Source of the DNA: Oscillospiraceae bacterium
GTDB lineage: Bacteria > Bacillota > Clostridia > Oscillospirales > Oscillospiraceae
Reading direction: 5' to 3'
Length of the DNA stretch: 64,000 nucleotides
Assembly (NCBI GenBank): GCA_045631645.1
Contig: JAZQVC010000038.1
Location: 1,856 to 65,855 of the forward strand
The translations under genes were made by a program, and so were the position numbers. Shown here one piece after another: positions 56,475 to 64,000 of this stretch. Under the pieces are notes generated by a model that was not told where the DNA came from, made no database searches, and saw only the letters and a list, made by a program, of their open reading frames with translations. How positions within the stretch are numbered: position 1 is the first letter of the stretch; each line of letters begins with the position of its first letter.

Positions 56475-56553
56475 TTATTTTTACCGAACATGGGACATTA
56501 TATCCCACAATTTTGTAAAAGTAAAGCCCATTATGTCAGAGTTCAAGCCGAAT

Positions 56554-57474
56554 TCAGAACAAAACGTACATTATAATTGGGATCGAAATCAGGGACACGA
56601 GAGTGGTCATAAACACACCTCTGCTGGCAACATTTATGTCAGCACCATACTCAATGCTGAACATAGAAGCCAGAACCGCAGAGGGCATCGCGGAAGTTAC
56701 AACCAAAATTCCAAGATAAACGGGATTCGTAATAAAAAGACGGCAGATAAAGAAAATCAGCACGGGAGAAATAATAAGTTTAAGAAGGCACAGGCCGTAC
56801 ATTCTCAGATCCTTAAGCATTTCTCCAAGGCGGCTCATACCGAGGTTTGCACCGATGCACACCATAGAAAGAGGAATCAGAATTGCTGCGAGACCGGATG
56901 CCGCATCAAGAACTTCAACGGGCAGAGGCAGCTTGGCAACAAACAGAATAATGGCGGCAAAAGTTGCTACAAGAGCGGGATTGAGCAAAAAGTTAAAGCT
57001 CAGTTTAGCGCCAACCTGCCCGCCTTTTATCATGACAATTCCAATGGTATAGGTTGCAAGGAAGAAGGGTATCAGGCAAATGGCTGCAAGGAACACGGCG
57101 TCGGGTCCAAATAAAGCCGACACGATAGGAAAGCCCATGAAGCCGACGTTGCCGAAGGCCACTAAAAACTTGAAAAGACCTCTGTCGGCTTTTTTCCTCA
57201 CAAAAATCGGAACTAAAATATATGCAATGGCAAGGAGCAGCAGCTGCATGATTACCGCATACAGGAAAAGTTCTCCTATATCCCGAATGCTCATGGTAAG
57301 CCGTGTATCCAGCACGGATGAAATTATCATTGCAGGCTGGCCTATATAAAGCAGAACAGTATTAACTTTTTTAACTGTATCGGCCTCAATTTTTTTCACC
57401 TTGGCAGCTATAAAGCCAACGATGATATAAATAAAGAGTACGATAAGCCGACTAAAGAGGTTGCTGAGATCCAT
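56554..57474 (-). CDS. AEC-family (auxin efflux carrier-like) transporter
   Basis: 306 aa and about 10 TM, with two homologous halves typical of AEC/malate-permease-like proteins. Confidence 0.8.
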   Translation of the reverse strand: MDLSNLFSRLIVLFIYIIVGFIAAKVKKIEADTVKKVNTVLLYIGQPAMIISSVLDTRLTMSIRDIGELFLYAVIMQLLLLAIAYILVPIFVRKKADRGLFKFLVAFGNVGFMGFPIVSALFGPDAVFLAAICLIPFFLATYTIGIVMIKGGQVGAKLSFNFLLNPALVATFAAIILFVAKLPLPVEVLDAASGLAAILIPLSMVCIGANLGMSRLGEMLKDLRMYGLCLLKLIISPVLIFFICRLFITNPVYLGILVVTSAMPSAVLASMFSIEYGADINVASRGVFMTTLVSLISIPIIMYVLF

Positions 57475-57489
57475 TTAATTCCTTTCGCG

Positions 57490-58914
57490 CTATGCTCCAA
57501 GCAACAATCTGGCAATAGAGAAATATATAAGCAGGGAGACAGCGTCAGTTAGGGTTGTAATAATGGGACTTGCCATTACGGCAGGGTCAATACCTATTTT
57601 CTCGGCCAACATGGGAAGTGTGCAGCCAACTATCTTCGCAAATACAACAACAAAAAGAACGGTGGCGCTGACAGTGAGGGCAATCATCACATTAATGTCG
57701 CTGTTGCCGAGAATGAGCTTATCCAAAAGGAACATCTTGCCGAAGTTAACTATTGCAAGGCAAAGTCCGCAAAGAACAGAGACTCGAACTTCCTTCCAAA
57801 GCACCAAAAGCACGTCTCTGGGCTCAGTGTCACCTATGGAAAGGCTACGGATAACGGCTGTTGAAGCCTGACTTCCGGAGTTACCGCCCGTACCCATCAG
57901 CATAGGCATAAAGGCAATAAGCGCAGCCTGAGTTGCAAGGGCATCCTCAAAAGAGGTGAGAATCATGCTTGTGAAAGTTGCGGAAAGCATCAGCAGCATA
58001 AGCCAGGGCAAGCGGTTTCCAAAAATCTCCATTACGGGAGTTCGGGAATATGGCTTATCCGAAGGGGTGATAGCTGCCATCAGTTCGATATCTTCTGTGG
58101 CCTCCTGTTCCATAACGTCCATGACGTCGTCAACAGTTACTATACCCACAAGACGGTGCTCTTTATCCACAACGGGGATAGTGAGAAGGTTATAGTCGGA
58201 GAACATGGTGGAGACATCTTCCTGGTCGTCCTCGGTTGTTGCATAAATGAGAAGCTCATTCATGATGTCCTCGATAATGTCATCCTCTTCTGCCATTATC
58301 AGGTCCTTAACCGTTACAACGCCCTCAAGCTTTCTGTCCGCACTTGTAACAAAGCAGGTGTAAACAGTCTCCTTGTCCGCACCGATTCTCTTGATGCGGG
58401 CAAAGGATTCCTTTACGCTCATATACTTTTTAAGGTCTATAAACTCCGCAGTCATTATGCTTCCTGCGGAATTTTCGGGATACTTGAGATACTGGTTGAT
58501 AAGCCTTCTTGTTTCCGGAGTGGAAATACGCATGACACGGGCAACCACGTTTGCGGGAAGCTCTTCCATCATATCCACAGTATCGTCCAGAAACAGCTCA
58601 TCAAGGATGCTTCCAAGCTCTGCATCGGTTACAGAGTTGATGATATACTCCTGCTCAGGAACATCAAGCTCCGCGAAAACATCCGCTCCGTGTTCCTTGC
58701 TCAAAACACGGAAAACCTTTATCATCTGCTGCTCAGGAAGCTCCATGAGAAATTCAGCAACGTCGAAAGCGTCACTGGCTTCAAGGTGCGCCTGAAGAGC
58801 TTTAAGCTTTTTTTCCTCCAGAAGCCTGTGCATTTCCTCAAGCTTCTGTTCCTGTCGGGTTTCAAAGTCCATGGATTCTTCGTTTATCTCTTCAATGATT
58901 TCCATATCATCCAT
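57490..58914 (-). CDS. mgtE: Magnesium transporter MgtE
   Basis: N-domain, tandem CBS domains and the C-terminal TM domain motif MPMLMGTGGNSGSQAS. Confidence 0.95.
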   Translation of the reverse strand: MDDMEIIEEINEESMDFETRQEQKLEEMHRLLEEKKLKALQAHLEASDAFDVAEFLMELPEQQMIKVFRVLSKEHGADVFAELDVPEQEYIINSVTDAELGSILDELFLDDTVDMMEELPANVVARVMRISTPETRRLINQYLKYPENSAGSIMTAEFIDLKKYMSVKESFARIKRIGADKETVYTCFVTSADRKLEGVVTVKDLIMAEEDDIIEDIMNELLIYATTEDDQEDVSTMFSDYNLLTIPVVDKEHRLVGIVTVDDVMDVMEQEATEDIELMAAITPSDKPYSRTPVMEIFGNRLPWLMLLMLSATFTSMILTSFEDALATQAALIAFMPMLMGTGGNSGSQASTAVIRSLSIGDTEPRDVLLVLWKEVRVSVLCGLCLAIVNFGKMFLLDKLILGNSDINVMIALTVSATVLFVVVFAKIVGCTLPMLAEKIGIDPAVMASPIITTLTDAVSLLIYFSIARLLLGA

Positions 58915-58968
58915 GAATAAGCACCTCCCCCGAAAATTAATTATAAAGCGGTGCTACCGCCTGCAAAA

Positions 58969-60204
58969 TCAGATGCCCAGATACTCCATCTGCTCGGCGC
59001 TGAGAGTATCAATAGTGATACCGAGAGTTTCAAGCTTTTTGAAAGCAACAGCCCAATCGGTCTCTTTGGGAACAGCAATAACGTCAACGGGAACATTGCC
59101 ACGGTTATCAACGAGATACTTTGCGGAAAGAGCCTGAATTGCAAAGCTCATATCCATAATCTCTGCGGGATGTCCGTCACCTGCTGCCAGATTGACAATT
59201 CGGCCTTCGCCAAGAACATAGACGGTGTTGCCGGTGGGCAGAACATAGGCATCAATATTATTGCGTGCTTCATAAGTGGATACGGCATAGTTTCTGAGGC
59301 AGGCCATATCAACTTCAACATCGAAGTGACCGGCATTGGTCAGAATAGCGCCGTTTTTCATTTTTGCAAAATGTCTCTCGGTGATAACACAGTCGCAGCC
59401 GGTAACGGTGCAGAAAATATCACCTCTTGCGGCAGCTTCGTCCATAGTCATAACGGTGAAGCCGTCCATATGTGCCTCGATTGCCTTGACGGGGTCAACC
59501 TCGGTGACGATGACGCGGGCACCAAGACCCTTTGCGCGCATTGCAACACCCTTGCCGCACCAACCGTAACCTGCAACAACAACTTCCTTGCCGGCAACAA
59601 TAAGATTGGTAGTACGATTAATTGCATCGAATACAGACTGACCGGTGCCGTAGCGATTATCGAAAAGATGCTTGCAGTCAGCCTCATTAACCATGACCAT
59701 GGGGAACTTAAGAGTTCCTGCCTTGGCCATTGCCTTCAAACGAAGAATACCGGTTGTGGTCTCCTCGCAGCCGCCGATTACATCGGGGATAAGATGGGGG
59801 AATTCGGTATGCATCATATGAACAAGGTCGCCACCATCATCGATAATGATGTTGGGACCCCACTCCAGAGCTGCACGAATATCAGCCTCATACTGCTCCA
59901 TGGTTACACCGTGATGGGCGAAAACCTCAAGACCGCCTGCAACAAGTGCTGCGCAGACATCATCCTGAGTGGAAAGAGGGTTGGATCCGGTTACGCGCAT
60001 CTGTGCGCCGCCCATTGCCATAACGCGGCAAAGATAAGCGGTTTTTGCCTCAAGATGGACGGAAAGGGTACATTTCAGACCAGCAAAGGGCTTGGTCTTC
60101 TCAAATTCCTCAGCGATAGCGCGGAGGATGGGCATATTGTTTTCAACCCACTTTATTTTCTTTTCGCCTGCGGGGGCGAGATTGATATCGGTAATACTGC
60201 TCAT
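58969..60204 (-). CDS. ahcY: Adenosylhomocysteinase
   Basis: 411 aa: DDGGDL, EETTTG and GYGWCGKG NAD motif. Confidence 0.95.
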   Translation of the reverse strand: MSSITDINLAPAGEKKIKWVENNMPILRAIAEEFEKTKPFAGLKCTLSVHLEAKTAYLCRVMAMGGAQMRVTGSNPLSTQDDVCAALVAGGLEVFAHHGVTMEQYEADIRAALEWGPNIIIDDGGDLVHMMHTEFPHLIPDVIGGCEETTTGILRLKAMAKAGTLKFPMVMVNEADCKHLFDNRYGTGQSVFDAINRTTNLIVAGKEVVVAGYGWCGKGVAMRAKGLGARVIVTEVDPVKAIEAHMDGFTVMTMDEAAARGDIFCTVTGCDCVITERHFAKMKNGAILTNAGHFDVEVDMACLRNYAVSTYEARNNIDAYVLPTGNTVYVLGEGRIVNLAAGDGHPAEIMDMSFAIQALSAKYLVDNRGNVPVDVIAVPKETDWAVAFKKLETLGITIDTLSAEQMEYLGI

Positions 60205-60291
60205 GTTAATTCCTCTCTTTATTTACAAATTAATTTAACAAAATAAGACTATTTTATTTTATCACCGCAGTATTACAAAAACAACCTTAAT

Positions 60292-60330
60292 ATGAAAAAA
60301 ATTCTCACCACCTAATAGGTAGTGAGAATT
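60292..60330 (-). terminator. Intrinsic terminator after the small spoIIE-downstream gene
   Basis: Minus strand attctcactacc-tatta-ggtggtgagaat + ttttttt. Confidence 0.75.
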
Positions 60331-60334
60331 AAAT

Positions 60335-60673
60335 TTACAGTACATTCAAAATGATTATTGTTACAAATATTCCTACTGCCGCTCCCAGGGCTGAAAAGAA
60401 CAAAGGAGGCATATTTGACAAGAATTTTTTCGGCTGAGAAACATAATCTCTCACATAATCATCGGCCACTCTTTGGGCTTCTCTCAGCACTTCTCCTCCC
60501 CTTTCCCCTTGGGGCTCTTTAAGTATAAAAATAGCCTGCTCAAAAAATTTGGGGTCGGGAGATTTCACCACCACTACCCTTTTACTTGTTCCCTTTACCA
60601 CTTTTCTGCCCTCCTGTCTTGGAAATTTTTCTATTTGTTCCCAGTTTACCCGTTTATTGGAGGGATTATTCAT
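60335..60673 (-). CDS. Small C-terminally membrane-anchored protein of unknown function
   Basis: 112 aa from MNNPSNKR, basic N-terminal half and a single C-terminal TM (LFFSALGAAVGIFVTIIILNVL). Start chosen to avoid overlapping the spoIIE 3' end. Confidence 0.5.
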   Translation of the reverse strand: MNNPSNKRVNWEQIEKFPRQEGRKVVKGTSKRVVVVKSPDPKFFEQAIFILKEPQGERGGEVLREAQRVADDYVRDYVSQPKKFLSNMPPLFFSALGAAVGIFVTIIILNVL

Positions 60674-60734
60674 TGCGCCTTTATAGAACTTTGTTCTCCT
60701 GATCGCAGTAAAAAAATTCACCTTTCCCAGCACC

Positions 60735-63071
60735 TCACACACGCTTTTCAAGTTTAACCGCAAGTACAGTCATATCATCTCCCGCTCCATATCGGGTATA
60801 TGCTGTCTGGAGAGTTTGCCGCGCAAGATTTTTTGCGTCCGCGCCATCATATTCGCTCAATATTTCTCTGAGCCAGTCATCATTGGTTTCGGCAACAACG
60901 CCATCACTGGCTACAATGGCAACACTTCCCGGTTTTAATCTCATTTTCACAATATCAGGTCCGTCACCCTCTCCAACAACAAGACCGGCAGCAAGATTCT
61001 CGCTCCTCACTCTTCTTACTGTTTTTCCGCTTTTCACATAGCTAGGCGCTGCTCCGTATTTATAAAAATAAGTTTCACCACTAAAAAGATCTATACACAT
61101 CAGATCAACCGTTGCAAATCCCCACTCCTCTCCGTTTTTCAGCAACATCATTGAGTTTAAGATTTTCATTGCAACCACAGGATCCACTCCTGCTCTCAAA
61201 AACCGCTCCAAAATTCTTACGGCAGCGACGGACTCCTTCGCCGCATTTTCACCGCTGCCCATACCGTCAGACAAAATTATGCAAAGCTTTCCCTGATCGG
61301 TCTTAAAGTATGTTCCCCTGTCTCCCGATACTGCTTCGCCCCGCTTTTTCATTGATGCAATTCCAACGCTTGCGCTCAAAGGCTCTGCCTCAAGCAGCAC
61401 GATTCTTCCTTCTCCGGTATTTTCTTCGCTTACAGGTCTGCAGAGTCTTAATCCAACGGCAGCAGAGAGCTTATCCAGATAGGATTTATCTCTAAGCAAC
61501 TGATTAAGCTTTGTGCTTTCTATTGTTATATGAAGTCTTCCGCTTCTATCCCGGAATACAGAAACATCAGCTTCAACGTCAATGCTTCCCAAAAATCTTA
61601 AAATCCGTCTTTGACTGAGCATATCTGGTCCATAGGAATTAAGCAGCTCTTCTGATAAATCCTGAAGCAATTTGGAAAGATCTATATACTGCCCGTAGGC
61701 CGCAATTGCGTTTTCCCGAATTCTTGCTCTGAACTGTTTTCTATAAGTTTTCGCTCTAAGTTCACCGTTTATTGCTCCAACAAGTTCACCAATGCTTGGG
61801 CATTTCATGGCAAAATGTTCTGCAACATCGCTTTTAATAACCATTCCCCGACTTTTTATAACAGGAGTAACATCATTAAATACAGAGAGTGTATCCATAT
61901 AGTTATTATTCCAGCATTCATTTTTCTGCCTGCAATGGGCGCAAACCGCATCTGCAGCTCTATCGAATATTGCTGAAATATCCTCATCATTGCATTCTTT
62001 TCCCAAACTTTCATCAACGGTATAGAAAAGTTCTTTCATAGCTAGGGCAATTTTTTCAACGCGTCGGGCTGCATACTTTCTAAGCCCCGATTCCCCCTGA
62101 CTTAATTGTTGAGGTTTCAAAAAAGAACCTAAATAATTTTGAACACCGGAGGGCAAAAGCATAAACACCACACTTGATGCAAACACCTCATAAAAGACGC
62201 CCATCTCTCCGGTCTCTCCCATAGTCCCCAATGCAGCAACAGCCGCCGAAACTATAAAACTGATAACAAAAAACAACTTGCCGTGGCGGGAGAAAAGCCC
62301 CGAAATAAGCCCCGCAAAAGAATAAACAAATGTCATACCGGCCGATGAAGCGACAGATATATCCATTGCAAGGCCCAGAGCCGTTCCTGCAGCAGCGCCG
62401 GAGAGAGTTCCGCCCTTAAATGCGGAAACCATTACAACAATAAGTGCTATAAATCTTCCTATTGATACAAGTCCCATTATTTCTATTCTGTTAAGACTCA
62501 TCATTATTGCTGCCAAAAAGATAATGACAGCAACTCCATGACGTATCTCAGCAGATTCTGTATCCCGCTCCCCCGTGCTGAGCGCCTCACGGAAAAAGTA
62601 GGCTCCTCCTCCCGCCATAATTACTTTCCCAATAAGAATACTTAAGCCTTCAAAGCTTTCATTTATATCAAGGCTGCCGAGAATTCCAGTTACAAGAGTG
62701 AAAAAGGATGCAATCATCGGCATAAACCATAGCTTTTTATAAATTTTTAAATCCTGAAAAATATACACCGATGTAAAAACGAGAAAGACTGCCGCAACGC
62801 ACTTGATTCCCTCAGTAAATGGAAATCCCACCAGATATGCAACAGATGCACCAAGCGCGCAAAAAAAGCCCGAGAGATGCGCTCCCGATTGCGCTGCGGC
62901 AGCAATCCCCAAACTTCCGCATCCACCAAAAACCGGTATTATTCCCAGAATAAATCCCAGCAAAAGATTAAGAGACCATCCAAGCGCCGTTGATAGCTGC
63001 GGTCTTTGTCCCGTAATTGAGCCGCTTACCAATGCTCTTCTCAGCTCCATCATTCGTGGTTTAATTTTCAC
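60735..63071 (-). CDS. spoIIE: Stage II sporulation protein E (membrane-bound PP2C phosphatase)
   Basis: About 10 N-terminal TM helices and a C-terminal PP2C domain (ILSDGMGSGENAAKES ... ASDGV). The GTG start 7 nt after AGGGGG is tentative; the ORF is open to 63134. Confidence 0.85.
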   Translation of the reverse strand: MKIKPRMMELRRALVSGSITGQRPQLSTALGWSLNLLLGFILGIIPVFGGCGSLGIAAAAQSGAHLSGFFCALGASVAYLVGFPFTEGIKCVAAVFLVFTSVYIFQDLKIYKKLWFMPMIASFFTLVTGILGSLDINESFEGLSILIGKVIMAGGGAYFFREALSTGERDTESAEIRHGVAVIIFLAAIMMSLNRIEIMGLVSIGRFIALIVVMVSAFKGGTLSGAAAGTALGLAMDISVASSAGMTFVYSFAGLISGLFSRHGKLFFVISFIVSAAVAALGTMGETGEMGVFYEVFASSVVFMLLPSGVQNYLGSFLKPQQLSQGESGLRKYAARRVEKIALAMKELFYTVDESLGKECNDEDISAIFDRAADAVCAHCRQKNECWNNNYMDTLSVFNDVTPVIKSRGMVIKSDVAEHFAMKCPSIGELVGAINGELRAKTYRKQFRARIRENAIAAYGQYIDLSKLLQDLSEELLNSYGPDMLSQRRILRFLGSIDVEADVSVFRDRSGRLHITIESTKLNQLLRDKSYLDKLSAAVGLRLCRPVSEENTGEGRIVLLEAEPLSASVGIASMKKRGEAVSGDRGTYFKTDQGKLCIILSDGMGSGENAAKESVAAVRILERFLRAGVDPVVAMKILNSMMLLKNGEEWGFATVDLMCIDLFSGETYFYKYGAAPSYVKSGKTVRRVRSENLAAGLVVGEGDGPDIVKMRLKPGSVAIVASDGVVAETNDDWLREILSEYDGADAKNLARQTLQTAYTRYGAGDDMTVLAVKLEKRV

Positions 63072-63280
63072 ATTATTGCCCCCTAAAATAAGTTTACATA
63101 AATTATAGAGGACGGCACTCGGAAAACCTGTCATAGGGTGCTGTTGATAAATATTGTTTATGATATGGAAATGACGGGAAATATGTTAGTCAATTTTCCC
63201 CTAATCCCAAGCTTATTGATTTTTGCACGAAAATGTGTAAAAATAAGCTTATAAAATAAGTGCGAATGGAGGGATTTATC

Positions 63281-64000
63281 GTGGAAAGCAAATATAAAAT
63301 CAGCGGAATGCACTGCGCTGCCTGCTCCGCTGCCATAGAGCGCTTTTTAGGAAAGCAAAACGGCATTGAATATGTTTCCGTCAACCTTGCCACAGAGAAA
63401 ATGCTGGTAAAATACGATGAATCCATATATTCCTGCTCCGATATAGAAGCACTTGTTGAAAAACTGGGTTATGGCTGCATGGAACAGTCCGCAGCTGAAG
63501 CTGCCGCTCTGAAAGCGAAAATGCAGGAGAAGGAAGCTGCCGACAAAGCTCTGCAAAAGCAGATTAAAAACGCCCTTTTTGCCCTGTGCTTTGCCATTCC
63601 CCTTCTTTATGTTTCCATGTTTCACATGATGGGCGCTCCCCTGCCAGAGTTTATAGATATGCATCGCTCACCCGTTGGGCATGTTATTGTGCAACTTCTG
63701 CTCACGCTTCCCATTCTCATTTGCGGACGCAGCTTTTTCACAAGCGGCTTCCCCTCTCTTTTCCGACTTCATCCCAATATGGACTCCCTCGTTGCAGTGG
63801 GCACAGGCGCTGCATTTCTATTCAGCATTTATGTTAGCATAAGAGTGTTCATCGGAGACAACCAATATATCCATTCTCTATGCTTTGAATCCTCCGCCAT
63901 TGTTATCGCCTTTGTTATGCTTGGAAAGGCTCTTGAAGCTCGCAGCAAAAAGCGCACAGGAGATGCCATAGCCCGTCTTACAGAGCTTGCGCCTGAGACT
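63281..64000 (+). CDS. copA: Copper-translocating P1B-type ATPase CopA (3' end beyond the window)
   Basis: Read manually, because this open frame is not in the ORF track. GTG after GGAGGG, then an HMA domain SGMHCAACSAAIERF, then GRSFFTSGF...PNMDSLVAVGTGAAF...FESSAIVIAFVMLGKALEARSKKRTGDAI. Confidence 0.9.
   Translation, partial: MESKYKISGMHCAACSAAIERFLGKQNGIEYVSVNLATEKMLVKYDESIYSCSDIEALVEKLGYGCMEQSAAEAAALKAKMQEKEAADKALQKQIKNALFALCFAIPLLYVSMFHMMGAPLPEFIDMHRSPVGHVIVQLLLTLPILICGRSFFTSGFPSLFRLHPNMDSLVAVGTGAAFLFSIYVSIRVFIGDNQYIHSLCFESSAIVIAFVMLGKALEARSKKRTGDAIARLTELAPET

Noticed and set aside
58915-58968. Possible M-box (Mg) riboswitch ahead of mgtE.
   Set aside because: Only 54 nt separate mgtE from the ahcY stop codon, which is too short for an M-box, and no conserved M-box segments are visible.
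60205-60334. Possible SAH or SAM riboswitch ahead of ahcY.
   Set aside because: The sequence is AT-rich without the GC-rich pseudoknot helices of SAH or SAM aptamers. A terminator of the upstream gene accounts for the only strong hairpin.
63135-63280. CopY-type cop box (TACAnnTGTA) or CsoR operator upstream of copA, or a neighbouring copZ/csoR gene.
   Set aside because: No exact cop box was found; the closest is tgcacgaaaatgtgta. No small regulator or chaperone ORF lies in this spacer. The regulator may lie elsewhere.
1-64000. CRISPR arrays, rRNA operons, IS elements or transposases, prophage or defence islands.
   Set aside because: I saw no short regularly spaced direct repeats, no rRNA-like conserved stretches, no transposase-like ORFs or terminal inverted repeats, and no clusters of nuclease, helicase or methylase genes.

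Overview
The window looks like a chromosomal segment of a moderate-GC, sporulation-lineage Firmicute (class Clostridia; the gene content resembles Oscillospiraceae/Ruminococcaceae). It is densely packed with housekeeping genes. These include feoAB, the yabM-mazG-hup-yabO neighbourhood, folD/fchA, upp, tsaEB, rodA, serAC, mtaB, nifS, pgi, dacB-like, ahcY, mgtE, spoIIE and the 5' part of copA. I could read four cis-regulatory RNAs directly from the sequence: an FMN riboswitch before ribU, a THF riboswitch before folT, and two T-box leaders. I also found two tRNAs, Gly-CCC and Arg-CCG. There are no CRISPR arrays, rRNA, transposases or obvious prophage or defence islands. The most unusual region is 11.1-20.6 kb. 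It holds two tandem paralogous genes, each encoding an XRE-HTH + cupin + medium-chain-type acyl-CoA ligase fusion, and each gated by its own T-box leader. My reading of the specifier codons is GUC (Val) and AUC (Ile), which is tentative. These genes sit divergently from a P-loop NTPase plus a four-subunit 2-oxoacid:ferredoxin oxidoreductase operon. I propose this is a tRNA-charging-controlled module that salvages branched-chain fatty acids into branched-chain amino acids by reductive carboxylation. The ligases may also be BirA-like 'trigger enzymes'. A second oddity is an intact 377-aa ORF at 54.5-55.7 kb. It reads as a P1B heavy-metal ATPase that keeps all its membrane helices and the CPC site plus a His-rich tail, but has cleanly lost the actuator and the phosphorylation/nucleotide domains. 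All calls rest on motif recognition by eye. No database search or RNA folding software was available, so gene starts, RNA boundaries and specifier assignments are approximate.
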